In this document: positions 1-12,545 of the stretch, one piece after another
Layout of the letters: every line of letters starts with the position of its first letter
Numbering within the stretch: the stretch's first letter is position 1
DNA from: Podarcis erhardii
Taxonomy: Eukaryota
DNA length: 64,000 bases
Reading direction: 5' to 3' (one strand)
Assembly: GCA_964252035.1 (NCBI GenBank)
Contig: OZ176200.1
The notes under the pieces: generated by a model
Told to the model about the DNA's origin: nothing
Seen by the model: the letters and a program-made list of their open reading frames with translations, nothing else
Database searches by the model: none
Program-made: the position numbers and the translations under genes

Positions 1-293
1 GCCCCGGATCTCTGTCTGTTTTGGGGTGTACAGGCCCAGAGTGCAAAGGGACTGTGGAGGAGAGGAGTGAAAACAAGCTGGTGCGGGTGGGGAGAGTTGA
101 GGCTCAAGCAAAAACAGTCCCCCCCTCAGCTGCAAAACCTGTGCCTCGAAAGGTCATCTGCCTGCAGCCACCCACCTCGGGCTGTTCTCTCCTGTCAGAA
201 CTCATAAACCGAGCAATGTTGGGTCTGACCAGGGAGACCCCGGAGGAGAAACGGAATCGACCGACGGGAAACATGAATCTTTTATTATGCACC

Positions 294-304
294 TGCTGAG
301 TCAC
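294..304 (-). promoter_or_regulatory. Perfect ARE / NF-E2-BACH-MAF type motif (GTGACTCAGCA on minus) in a CpG-retaining patch
   Basis: TGCTGAGTCAC at 294-304 matches RTGACTCAGCA exactly; motif match only, function not shown. Confidence 0.3.
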
Positions 305-943
305 CAGCAGGGGAGGGGAGGGCTGGCAGGAGAGCAGGGCACTCCATCAGGGAGATGGCAGCACGGAGGGAAAGAGGGTTCACTCCCTCCTCCCCTCTCA
401 GAATAAATGCCAAGGGAGGGAATGGAACAGAGTAGAACTAAGAGGGGCAGGGAAGCCCCAGAAAGTCATTTCCTTGCCAGCCCTTTGATTTACCTGTGAC
501 AATCCCCACCACAAATCCGTGCTACTTTCACACAGCCAGAAAGGAATGAAATCACTGAGGACAGGAGAGTGCTCCAAGTTTGGCATCTATACATTTTAAA
601 TACCAGAAATGGGTCCCTGGACAAAGAACCTGAAATGCGCCAACACTGAGCCTTTGTTCAGCAGGTGTCATAAGCTGTTCGCATAGCTTTTCACTGATGT
701 TTGCTATGTTGACTCAACAGAAAAGCTAGCTCAGGGGGTTCAGTATAAACCTGTTTGCTTTATCAACAACGTCTCCTTGGTTCTCTTAGACTACCCTGCT
801 AATGAACACCTGTACTGCGTGACTGCCTGAATTTAACGCAACAACAGGTGAAGGCAAGTCCTGCTTTAAGGTGCTGCAAATCTCCCTTTCAGTCTGTTGT
901 AGCCACCTCCAGGCCCAAATAGGAACTATTGTTTCCAGTTCCT

Positions 944-1133
944 GGGGAAGGGCTGTAGCTCAGTGGAATGTCACCTGCTTTACATGCAGAAGGTGCCTAG
1001 GTTCAATCCCAGGCACCACCAGGTAGGGCTGGGAATGTCCCCTGCTTGAAATCCCAGAGAGACGCAGCTGTTCAGTGTAGACAGTATTGAGCTAGGTGGC
1101 CTGACTTGGTCTACGGCTGCTTCCTGGGTTCCC
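944..1133 (+). mobile_element. tRNA-derived squamate SINE (Squam2-like)
   Basis: A-box-like GGCTGTAGCTCAGTGG, B-box-like GGTTCAATCCC, then a non-tRNA body ending ...GCTTCCTGGGTTCC; same family at 5504 and 33726. Confidence 0.8.
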
Positions 1134-1550
1134 TTACCTGCTTTCTCTCCTACAGAAGGGCTGGAGAGGAGGGAAGGAGCTGGATGGAGCAGAGCCAGCA
1201 GAGCGTGAGCGCACAAGGCAGTGCGTGCAGTGGGAGAATTGCTCAGATGCTCTTATGCTGGAGCTCAAGGGGCCAGACTGTGCGCCACACTCCAGATGGG
1301 GACTTTGCTGGGGTGGTGGCTACGTCGGAGAAAGTGCGAGCGGATCGAGTTGATCAGAAGGACCCCGCTTGCCTTTTCTGGCAGAAGAAAGGCGTGCAGG
1401 GGAACACAGCCAGCACGCCGCGTGTGCATGTAACCATGCGCACACGCTTCCTGTGAAAACAATGCCTCCTGCCAGTTTTACATTTGCTGCTCTATGCCTA
1501 ACACATACATATAGACATAAATTCCCCACCACTCACTCCTTCCTGTCCCC

Positions 1551-1587
1551 CAAAACAAAACAAAACAAAACAAAACAAAACAAAACA
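1551..1587 (+). repeat. (CAAAA)n pentanucleotide microsatellite
   Basis: Seven perfect CAAAA units. Confidence 0.95.
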
Positions 1588-2164
1588 ATAAAGCTCCATT
1601 AATGCTGCATTTACAGCCAGGATTCTGAATGTACGCAAGCTGGGAAATTCAAAGATATGGTCCCCAGAACAGCCATAGCTCAGTGGCACACGGAGCCCAA
1701 TCAAGGCACCCAGGCATCGTGGCACACACGGGGCAGAGTTAGCATCGCCGCGGGAACCATCTCTTTGAGTTGCCTGACGCGTCTGTGATTAAAGCCTCAA
1801 TTTGATGCCGGCAGCCACAGAGGCTCGGTGCCCGTCACAGTAATCTCAAGCGCTTGGGCTAACTAAGCCTCCGGGAGCCGTGGTCACACCCACACCTCTC
1901 TGCCCCCGCCTGGCTGTGAAGCTAGGCAAGGAGGCGCTGTGCAAAGACACCCCTCACACATGCCCTGCTAACTAGTTTCTGCCAATTCCAGTCATGTGAC
2001 AGGGAATCTTAGCAGAGCATCAATATGCCCTCCGGAGCAAGAGAGAACGCACAAGATGCAGATACAAAATCGTTACATCCTTTTACGGCCTTTTCACAAA
2101 TGACAACAACGGTGGTTTTTCATTTCACGCATCTGTATTGCAAATGCATGAACTGTACTAACTG

Positions 2165-2382
2165 GAATGTACACACTTATATTTCCTCTGCACCCATTCT
2201 TTACCTCTGAATCAGAGGAAACGGCAGTCTGCAGAAACCTGCCATTTGAACTGCCATTTGTTGAGCTTCAGCTTTAAAGAGCAGGGAAAACTCAGGGTGG
2301 GGTAAGAGCACTCAGACATGGATCTTTAAAGCACACACCTGTGCCTGGAAAGAGCTGGGCAAAAGGTAAGTGTGGATAAACA
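2165..2382. mobile_element. Degenerate MITE with Harbinger-like terminus
   Basis: Right end TGTGCCTGGAAAGAGCTGGGCAAAAGGTAAGTGTGGATAA recurs in inverted form at 63174-63215; left end TGTACACACTTAT is a degenerate inverted match. Confidence 0.4.
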
Positions 2383-2824
2383 CTTCAGTTTAATAGGGCT
2401 CTTTTTCTGCTTTCTCTCCCACATTAACAACAGTCACACATGGTCACCGACAGTTCAAGAGACAGTCTCAAAGGTGCCTTTTTCCACCATGTGTGCCAGC
2501 AGCCTTATTTGGGCATGTTCTGTAATAATTACTAACCTCCTTTCCTCTACTTACAAATCACAAAAGAGGGTTTCAACCACCTATGCAAAAAACATTCAAA
2601 CAAAGAATATTAGCCACATTAGGGTACTTCCAGACTTTTGCTATTTGGGGTGGGATAAACTTTCACAAACTATCAAAATCAGATTTCACAATTAAAGTTG
2701 ATTTGGAGCTCTTGTGCAACAAACCCACTTTCCCCTAAAACTGGATCTATTTGCGATAAGCTAAGTGATGGGGAAATGCACTGGAGAGTGTTGGTGACAA
2801 CTGCATCAGGCAATGTCATAAAAC

Positions 2825-2914
2825 CTCCCTGCAGATAAATCAGGGTGAATGCTCAATAAATAACCAGTGTCTTCTAATCTCCCTGCAAACAAATCAGGAT
2901 GAATGCTCAATAAA
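2825..2914 (+). repeat. Two-copy 36-bp direct repeat, period 54 bp
   Basis: CTCCCTGCAGATAAATCAGGGTGAATGCTCAATAAA (2825-2860) vs CTCCCTGCAAACAAATCAGGATGAATGCTCAATAAA (2879-2914), 3 mismatches. Confidence 0.85.
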
Positions 2915-4576
2915 CAGGTTGTCTGGAAGCCACCGTAAACAATTTAAACAGACTGCAAAACCACTGATCCTGCATTGAATTCCCAGATTGCCATTGCATC
3001 CCAATGTGATTAACTTTCTGCCAACTCATGGCTGTCACCCTCACCAACCCCCAGTTCAAAACTGCAACACTTTTCCCTGCCTCTCCCTTTAGCTGAAGCA
3101 TTTTGCCTTCCAAAGACAAGCGAGGGAGATTTCCAGTCGTCAATAAATACTAATGTTCTATTGTAGAAGTTCCTGACCATCCATGAATTGCACAAGATCC
3201 ATGTTGAACTATATAGTTGAGCAATTCTTACATTCTGTATCTTTTTTTATATAAAATGGAAACCACTGTGTGTGTAGATATGAGGAAAGGGATAAGCTAA
3301 AGGTGGTATCTTTGGGGTATAGTCTGTCCTGAAGATGCTAAATTCAGGTCAGCTTCAAAAATCTCAGGGAAGATAGTGCTCCCTGCAAACCCATGACATG
3401 GGAACTGAGGGGCTACTGAAAGCAAATCCCATTGCCCCCCCAGCTCCTGCTAGCTGCTCAGAGCTCTTGGCACCCCTGTGTCTGTCTCGCAAAAGGGGCA
3501 CCTGCTCCATCAGCCCCTGTTATTTCATTCGCGCTTGTCCCTTCCCATTAGTGCAGCTGTCTGCCACCAGAGAAGGGAAAATTGATGCTAAACGGGATAT
3601 CAATTTATCATGGAGTCTGTCACCCGCCACGCAGCTCTGCCAGGAGAGCAACGGGACATCGCTGCGCCAGCCAAGCAGCACCTGTAATTAACAGCCTGCC
3701 AGCATTTCCACACATACCCCTCGCTTCCTCTGTGCTACAAGTAGCAAAACCCTCCAGGTAAAGTGCTAGGAAATCTGAGTTACATGGCCACTTGCTCTGA
3801 TGGCTTGGTTCACAACTGATGGCTGCCAGGTAAGTTAGGAGCAGAGCTAGCCTGAAAATTAATGAGCTCTGAGCTCACCCCATCTTTCCCCATGACCAGC
3901 CATTTCATGTGGACTTTCTGAGATCTTGCACTGACTTTATCTTCCTTTGATGCCATCTAGCACTCAGCTCTTTCCGCCAAGCCTCCTGCACACCATCTTT
4001 CTCCACCAATCTGCATACTTGCTGTTTCCATTAGGATGCAGGGTAGACTCCTCTGATAAGGGCAATCTACCCTCACCAACCCATTTTGGATTTTATCTAA
4101 CAGCCTGAAGTTGGTTTCAGCTGTCATCCATTTCATCCACATACTACCTAACCATTTATTTCATCATTTGTGGTTAGTGTGAGGAAGATCTGGTTTGCAG
4201 GACCTGGGCTGCAAGATCAAAGCAGAGCTCTGTGCAAGAGCTCTGTGCTTCTCCGCAGACTTAAGGAAGATAAGATTTGCAGGTGGCCAGCTGTAAACTG
4301 TTTAATATTAGAAGTTACAAACTGAGTAGAACAAAAACAAAGCACCAACACTTAGCCCACTCTTCAGTCTTAAAATAGCCCCATATGGTGTGTTTTAATA
4401 GTATTATTTAGCTTTTTGAATTAATAGAATTATGAAAACACCAACAGTCTGTTTTCTTCACACCACTTTCCCCCCACTTTTGGTTTCATTTTCAGCATTG
4501 CCAGGCACTGGTATAATAATAGTGGGGCAGGACTACTAGAAGAGAGGCAAGGGGGAACCAAATCTGTCAGTTTAGA

Positions 4577-5043
4577 TTCTTCAACATCAACTTCGTTGGA
4601 CTGGTCATGTTGTGCAGATGCCTGATTATCATCTTCCAATGCAACTACTCTATTCCGAACTTAAAAATGGAAAGCATAATGCTGGTGGTGAACAAAAGAG
4701 GTTTAAAGACTGTCTCAAGGCAAATCTAAAAAAAATGTAGTATAAACACTGACAACTGGGAAACACCGGCCTGTGAGCGCTCCAGTTGGAGAACAGCCTT
4801 TACCAAAGGTGTCATGGACTTTGAAGACACCCGAACTCAGAATGCAAGGGAGAAACATGCTAGGAGGAAGGCACGCTTGGCAAATCCACACTGTGATCAA
4901 CCTCTGCCAGGGAACCAATGTCCCCACTGTGGAAGGACGTGTGGGTCCAGAAATGGCCTCCACAGTCACTTACGGACTCATTGTTAAAACCGTGTTTATG
5001 GAAGACAATCTAACTCGGCTACGAGTGATCACCAAAGAAGGAG
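4577..5043 (+). mobile_element. 5'-truncated RTE-clade LINE, 3' end of ORF2 (frameshifted)
   Basis: Translates ILQHQLRWTGHVVQMPDYHLPMQLLYSELKNGKHNAGGEQKRFKDCLKANLKK and, after a frameshift, the C2H2 finger CPHCGRTCGSRNGLHSHLRTH typical of RTE ORF2 C-termini. Confidence 0.9.
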
Positions 5044-5178
5044 CAGCCCATCAAGCTTTGTCTAACTCCTCTCTGGCTTTGCACTTCTGTTCCTCTGGCT
5101 CCTGCTCCATGCCGAAAACCAGTAGCTTGATGCACTGATTTCACTGCTCTGGTTGGAACTCACATGCTCAGTTATGAA

Positions 5179-5450
5179 CAGGGCCAGCTCAAGATATTTT
5201 GCTGCCTGAGGCAAAGGACAAAATTCCCTCCTCCCTCACCATTCCAAGTAGTGAAGATAACTGGACTGCTAACTGAATCTTACTTCAACACTAGTAATGG
5301 GGCCCTGAACCTGCGGCCAGCAGGTTCATTTATGGGATGTTAAGTGGCACACAAAGCTCTATTGTCCAACACCTGATCATGACTCCCCACCCTCAGCAAT
5401 TGCTGCTTGAGGTGGGTGCTTCATTTGGCCTGATGGTAGGGCCAGTTCTG
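5179..5450. mobile_element. Non-autonomous hAT-type element (older)
   Basis: Starts CAGGGCCAGC and ends GGGCCAGTTCTG; flanked by 8-bp GTTATGAA / GTTATGTC (6/8 match, degraded TSD). Confidence 0.7.
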
Positions 5451-5503
5451 GTTATGTCAGCTGTGAGAAGAAGTTCACAGGAAAATGGGTAGCCTGGGAC
5501 TTT

Positions 5504-5681
5504 GAAGCTGCCTTCTACTGAGTCAGACCATTGCTCTATCTAGCTCTACACTGACTAGAAGTGGATCCTCAGGGTGTCAGGAAGGGGCCTCCTCCAGTCC
5601 TACCTAGAGATGTTAGGAATTGAACCTGGGACTTTATGCTGGCAAGGCAGGTTTTCTACCACTGAGCTACAACCTTTCCCC
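5504..5681 (-). mobile_element. tRNA-derived squamate SINE (Squam2-like)
   Basis: Reverse complement of the 944-1133 family: CCACTGAGCTACAACC head, GAATTGAACCTGGGAC B-box, GAAGCTGCC tail. Confidence 0.8.
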
Positions 5682-8600
5682 TAATTACTAACTGTTCTAG
5701 AGTAGCTTGTTTACCAGGGTCAACAACTACATGAGAAAAGTATTTGGCTATAAAATCTCACTAAGTTTGCCAAACTGAATTGTTTCCAAGAGATGCTGTG
5801 GACTTATAGTGCTTATTCCAGGGAATGCTACAACACACACATCACCCTGTAATAAGGGCATTAAGTTATATCAAGCACCCTTCACCTGTAATAAAAAGAC
5901 TTCCCCTTCAAATGATGGGATAACTGGCAATCATAGACCCACTGGCAAGGACCAAAGGACCTGCGGGCACATACATTCCTCCAAGCCCTCTAGCTATCCA
6001 GGCTAAAAGCTAAAAGGCAAAAAGAGGGTAGACAAGAAGGATTCCCCTCTCCTCTGTCCAGGCCTGGTTCATCTCTCTCCCTCGGCCGACTGCCGGCCTG
6101 CTCCACGCACTTTTCTCAGCAAAGCGAGGCTGTAACTCACAGGGCTGACACCAACCTGTGAGTAACGAGCCGGGAGCCCGAGTCACGGGTGTGAGTTACG
6201 GCTGCTGCCTGCGTACAGGGGGACATCAATCGCGGGTGATGCACGGATAGAAATGTAACCATAAACGCTGCAGGGAAGGAGCTGCAGGGCAGGAAATAAA
6301 TCCTGGGCAGCCGGGAGAGGAGCGAGATGAGGAACTCCCTCCACAACCTGCTCTTCTCCACACCAGTGACCCAGCAACATCTTGGGGGCGAGGGAAGGGA
6401 GAGAGTGGTCCCTTCCAGGAAAATGCGCCACACGGATGGCCACACTGATGCTGCGTCGGGACTTTGTTTGCATGAAACCTTCCTGCTGTCCAAGCAGCCA
6501 AAGTGCTGGCTTGCTTTTGATTAAGTTATTGCAGATGTGCCATCTGGCCTGACCCTCGTTTGGTTTCAGTTTAGCCCGAGAATGAGCTCCAGTTATGACT
6601 CCCATCAAGCTGTTTGGGCTTGGAAGTGGGAGGCCTGACTTGATCTCTGGGGAATGCAAGGGATATTTAAATTCTTACCTAGGTAGCTTGTCCCACTGCT
6701 TAATTAAATCTCTTTCAATCCCCTCTCCTCCACAACCTGGTTATCTTCCACAGGCAAGGAGTTTGGAGGAATGTTCGAACAGTCGATCCCAGGAGGATGG
6801 CACCACATCCCCCCACCCCACCCCCGAATTGGCTCCCAGGCCTTGTTTCTGAGGGAGATTTTTCACAGGGAATCTGCTTAGTTTGAGCTCCCAGCTTCTG
6901 ATTTCTGTTTTGAGTCCCCGCTACTTAATCTAAGCACCCACTGATGACTAACAGCACCCATTTACACATTCAGTGGCATCAAGTGGCAAAGCTTTTCCTG
7001 GACCGTACCTCCCTATGTGTTTGGGTACCCTCCATTTTTATATATATATTCCCACTTTACTGTCAAATGATTCTATACAAGAGGCTTACAAGCAACAGGC
7101 TGTTATAATACACCCCCCTCAAAGCTCTCTCTCATACAGACACACCTTAATTCTCTAGCTGGTGAATGAAGATCAGGCTGCGTCTTCCCCTTCCTGCCAC
7201 CATGTTTTTGGGTGGGTGGTGATTCAGCTTCCCCGTGGCCCTGGATCTCCTGGCTAGTGGCAGACACTGGTGTGCTTCTCTTTAGCTCATTAGTCCCTAG
7301 GGGACATACAGAGATGGTATGTCCAGGGACGCTTTCAGCATTCATTTTGAACTGTTTGCAGGGAAGTTAGACAACACTATTTAATGAGCATTCAACCTGA
7401 TTTGTTTGTGAGGAGGTGAGATGACTGTCCAGCTTTTGTTCTTGGGGAGTCCCCGTCAGTTGCTAAGCCCACTATGTCAAGCAGCTCTTTCCCACATGTA
7501 GGCAGATTCCCCCCAGCACGATGGCCGAATAGCTCGGCTGCCTGTCACACAGCCGTTGCACATGGTTGTTTGCGGTTCCTCTCCCAGCAGCAACTATGCA
7601 CTGTCGCCTCATCTGCTCTGGCTGCTTGCTTGGCTTCAGGGGTTCTCTGAACAGAGAAAACTCAGATTTTACCCCTTGCTGCTTCTGAAGGGAGTGGAGT
7701 TAGGATAAGCACCCCCCACCCTCGGGTACAAGTGCTGCTGAATGTGCAAGGGTCATTAGACTGCAAGCGGGCAAGCTGGTGTAATCCATCCTCTAAATCC
7801 TGGAGCCACACATGGGACTTGTGCTGGGAGAGCAGGGGCACGGAAGCATTACAGCTTACTGACTTCATCACACTTCAAAATTCCCCTTGCTCTTTCAGTT
7901 CCAAAATTTGCAGAGTAGAAGGCCTCTTCCTACTGAACCTTAAATGCTTCTCTTAGCTGCCATGATTTTGAACTGCACTGGGATCTGAAAGGGGACAATG
8001 TGAGCAGGATACTGAGCATACCATCCCTGGGACAGTGCTGTGTGTATTTCCAAAGTAGGAGAGGGCTGATGGGGTGAAACAGGTAGATGTAATAGGTGGT
8101 GGAACAGTACTATCAGGAAAACATCTGCTTGAGACAAGGGCTGGCATGTCCTCAGAGATGGGAGAAGAGTTCCGTATTTCCCACTTCATAAAGATGGCAG
8201 TTGTGTTTGCTGTGGTTGTACTGGTGCTTCGCTAGTATTATTTTTGCTGTGGTGAACATGTGGATTGCAAATGGCTGGCATTTATTTTCAGAATTCACAG
8301 TTCATGTGTGTCAGGGAACTTCAGCCGATAAGGCAGTGGGCATCTTTTGAGAAAGTGCCAAGGGCCTCAGCCACAAAATGGCTGTTGTGGGGATGTGACC
8401 TAACAAAAATGACTGCTGCACCTGAAGAGCAGAAAAAAAGACAGGCCCACAAAATAGGGTGAGCACCTCCCCACAACCGTCATCCAGCCCTCCAGGGGCA
8501 GGGGGGAGGCATCTACATCAACCACTGCCAGACCCAGTGAGGAGTTCTTTGTACCTATGCTGTGTTCAGAATGGAAGGGAGAGTGGGGATCCAGTCCTGG

Positions 8601-11600
8601 CAACCAATTAAATGTAGGTTTGCTTTAAGTTGGAAAGGCTGAGTCAGTGCAGATAAAAACTGAGCAGGAACAGCAGACAGTCTCGGATGCAGAGTGGATT
8701 TTAAGGGGACATTTACTGAGACCTTTCACAGGAGCCGTAAGAGGTACCAGTGACTTCAGTCTGTAGGTGCCATGCTGGCAAACTCTGCCTGGGTCACATG
8801 TCCCTGTTAATAATCTATATCAGGCCTTTACAGCAGCTTGCTAATATAACACCAAAATATATAAAAATTAGAAACGACCCAGGCATCAACATGCCCTTGC
8901 CATTTGTGCATTATGTGGATACCAGAAACTTGTGTCAGTCAGCAAATTTAAACCAATCATAACGCCCCAGTCCCCTTATGAATCTGAACCCCATGTTAGG
9001 GATGGACATTGGTGGGTGTCACAAAACAGCAAAGCCCATCTCAGGCTATTTGCACCTATGACTACCAAATGAATGCATCGGCACAGATTTAGTGGCTGAA
9101 ACTGGTTAGGCACGTTTGCCCACCGCCTGTGAGCACCAGAGACGCAATGGGCTAGTAATTGCCTGCGTTCTCCCAATGAGGCGGTATCATTTTTATGTAA
9201 ATATGACATTTTCCCTGATGCTCTTGAAATGTGCACAAAAAAAGAGGAACATTTAATCGAGTCACATCGCACCTGCCGCGGGCCAAAGCTGTCCTCTCTC
9301 TGTCTCGGGTGCTGTGTTGTTTTAAGAGCTTGGCTAATGCGCACCACCCACCCCCATTAGCCAGCAAAGTGTCTTGCTGGCCTTGCTCAAGTGCCACCTA
9401 TTCTATCCAGACCCCAGAGAGCCATAAGCACAAGGAACACAAGCCCTGCAGAAAGGTACTAAGACGGGAGGGTGACTCAAGCAAGCACCAACCACAAATA
9501 ACACCCACCTCTGAATTCACAGGCTAGAAGCTCCCCCCCCCCCCATTATCACCTATACCTCCCTATTTCTTATGATTTCTATCCTGAGACAACTACATAG
9601 ACACCAAGCAGGTAAGTCATCCAGCCCTAAATTTGGGAGCATACACCTCCTCACCTGAACATGATGGGAGAGTTATATTCTGTGACAGAAGTGAGGTACT
9701 GAAGATGGTAAATGGGGTATAGAATTAAGCTTCCAAAGAATCTCTTCTTTAAAAAGTGTGTTCTAGTGCTCATGGGTGCAAAAATGTATGTTCAAACATA
9801 CAGGCAAAGCCTGTAGAAATCTCAGGAGCTAGACAAATGATGATTTAAGATTTCCAGTGGTTGGGAGCAGGGCTGTAGTATCTTGCATTACATAGCCCCC
9901 AAGGCCTTTTGGAAAAAAAATTTATGCAGAACAAGTTTTAATTCGCCTAATTTATGCATGCTACAGAATTCAGTTCTTCTGGGTGTAGAATTTTATTTTA
10001 TTTTTAGTGCAGAAAAGAAACAGCCCTGCTTATATCCCCTTTGCTCTGCTTCCTAACTATGACCATTACAGAGTTAGTACACCCTTTCTCGTGAGCAGGA
10101 AGAAAATTAGAAGAATGTGGATGCGACCTCAAAAACAGTCCCTCTTGCACAGCCTCCCAGAGCCTCAAAGCTGGGCCTCCGCCAGTCCTGCTGGATTCCA
10201 CTTGGAAGGGCTTTACAAAACAGGCTTCTTTCGCTCTACGCCCCCCCCATGTCTAGCATAAGCCTTCTATGTGTCCCAGCTGATAACAATTGACGCAGAA
10301 ACCTTGGGGAGGCAAAAGATTAGAGTGACATCTATCACGATGATATTCCAGTTGCCAGGACAGCAAATCAAAGCTAGGAACAAACAAGACCAAATCTCTG
10401 CCCTGAAAATTATCCCAACACCATTTACATCTCACCAAGCACCAACTCAGAAATACAGATGAGAGTACAAACCAGGAGACGACCTGAAGCAGATTTGGAT
10501 CTTTCACACAGACACCTGAGAACAGCATTGGGTGACTACAAAAGCAAGTACCTTTCATAAAAGCATGGGAGAAATTCTCTCCTGGTATCTTTTAGCACAG
10601 GAGCCCACTGACACAGAGATCCTGTTCCATTAACACCCTGGCATCACTCCTGCCCTTACTGTTACCCCACCCCTTGGCCAATTCCAAACCGGAGTGTCCT
10701 TCTGGAATTCCTGAATCCCCTTACAGCCAACAAAAAAAGAGGCTTCCTTACTGAGGACACACAATACCTGCCCTGACCCATCCTAGGAAGCACCATGGTT
10801 GTACCAGTTCAGAAAATGGGCAGCTTGTTTGTCTGGTATTTCTTGCACTGATTACAATTCTTATTTTTTAATTCCCTGAAACTCCTCAAGAAGTCCTCTT
10901 GCTCCTGCCCCACACATTTCATTTCGTTTCGTTTTTCGACTAGCTTCCCTACTCACTTGCATCTCTGGTGGAAGGCAAGGATGAGCACTGTCTCCCCTCC
11001 CCTAATTTTAGGTGTGGCTGGCATGGTTTTATGCTTTCATTCATAATGAAAAGAAAACAAACAAAATAAAGATTTGTTCTCTCAATCTCACATCCTTCCT
11101 TTCTGTCTCAAGTTACCAATTCTAAATGAGAGGGAAGTGAGGGCCTTGGATTCGTAAGGGTAAATTGAAGTAAAAAGGACAGGGAGGACTAGGGGAAAGG
11201 GTGTGCCAGAGGGTGAATAGAAAGAGCCTATGTATGCACATGTGTGTGTGTATCACACATGCTAAATATGAGAGTGAGCATGGCAAAGCGCTTTGTAATA
11301 CCAGCTGCAGGCTGGACTGAAGACCCAAGGACAGGCCTTGAAGCTGCTCTCTGTTCCTTCGCAAGGGCTCCCCACACCCTCCTGCTCTCATCAGCAATGA
11401 GCCTCTCTGTGCACCCTATGCACAAGCATTCAGCTGACATAGCCATTTCCCTATCCAACTGCCTCGCTGCATTACCCACCCCGCAGGCGCCCGATGCTGA
11501 GCCGATGCAGCTTTCACGGGGCATGGAGCAGCTCGGTGCCAAGCTGCAGCCAACCCTCCAGGGGCTGCGGCAAAAGGGGCCCGCTTTAGCATGGGGAGGC

Positions 11601-11962
11601 ACACAATGCCAAGTGTTTATGGGTATGTGTGTGGTGGTAGAAAGAATGCATAGGGAGTCATGTGGCATGGACCTGGACAGAAAAAATTTCCACAGTGGTT
11701 TTTGCTCTAATGCTTCAGAGGGCAGAGCAGCAATTAATATCCGACTCTCAGAGGGCTCAAACCCACAAGCAGCTGTACCAAAACAGAGAGCTCACAGAGT
11801 TTGGTGTAAGGGTCTCTGCCCCAGCAGGAAATGACGGGCTGCTCCCTCCTGTGATGGACTGTGACCTTTAATATGCCCACCCCTGATGTAGGAGGAGGGG
11901 TGGGCCCAACACTGAGAGACATCCTTTCCATATAAGCAAAAGGAATGCAGATAAGAGTAGTA

Positions 11963-12151
11963 CAGTGGTACCTCAGGTTAAGTACTTAATTTGTTCCGGA
12001 GGTCCATTCTTAACCTGAAACTGTTCTTAACCTGAAGCAGCACTTTAGCTAATGGGGCCTCCTGCTGCCGCCACACCGCCGGAGCATGAGGTACTATTTC
12101 TGGGTTAGTGGGGTCTGTAACCTGAAGGGTATGTAACCCGAGGTACCACTG
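11963..12151. mobile_element. Tc1/mariner-superfamily MITE, 189 bp
   Basis: 18-bp TIRs CAGTGGTACCTC(A/G)GGTTA with 1 mismatch; TA on both flanks; internally deleted relative to 42127-42368. Confidence 0.92.
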
Positions 12152-12419
12152 TACTTTCAAACACACACACACTCTTAACTGGGAGAGGTCTGGTCACACA
12201 ATGGAGTGTAGACTGTGCAAGGCATTATTTGTAGCTCCAAATATGGATTACAGAAAAACTGCGAGGACTGGATATAGCCTGAGGTGCCCCAACCCTCTTT
12301 TGTCTTTGCTTTTCCTCAGGCAGCAGCAACACACATGGATGCATCAAGTTACACAGGAAAAGCCCAAAGCGCTACTGGAGCATTTGTATCCCTCTTGATC
12401 ACTTCGAGCCTCCAGCAAT

Positions 12420-12545
12420 TTAAGGCTTAGGAAACAACCTGCCAGGAGGTAGCATTATTCTGGCCACCTGAGCTCATAGCTGCCAGCATTCCCCTCCTTC
12501 ATGAACTTGTCAAATCCTGTTTTGAACCTGGCTACAAAGTACAGC
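12420..12545 (-). mobile_element. CR1-like LINE 3' UTR remnant
   Basis: CATGAACTTGTCAAATCCTGTTTTGAACC resembles the reverse complement of recalled squamate CR1 3' sequence; degenerate. Confidence 0.4.

Noticed and set aside
944-1030. tRNA-like A and B boxes (also at 5640-5681 and 62669-62740)
   Set aside because: No complete cloverleaf, and they continue into SINE bodies, so they are SINE heads rather than tRNA genes
2361-2375. Perfect splice donor AAG|GTAAGT (and its inverse at about 63184)
   Set aside because: Both lie in the shared terminus of a MITE family, so they are repeat-derived
11228-11834. Overlapping 196-aa (+) and 146-aa (-) ORFs
   Set aside because: No family motif; starts in CA/TG low-complexity sequence; ORFs of this length are expected by chance in 64 kb
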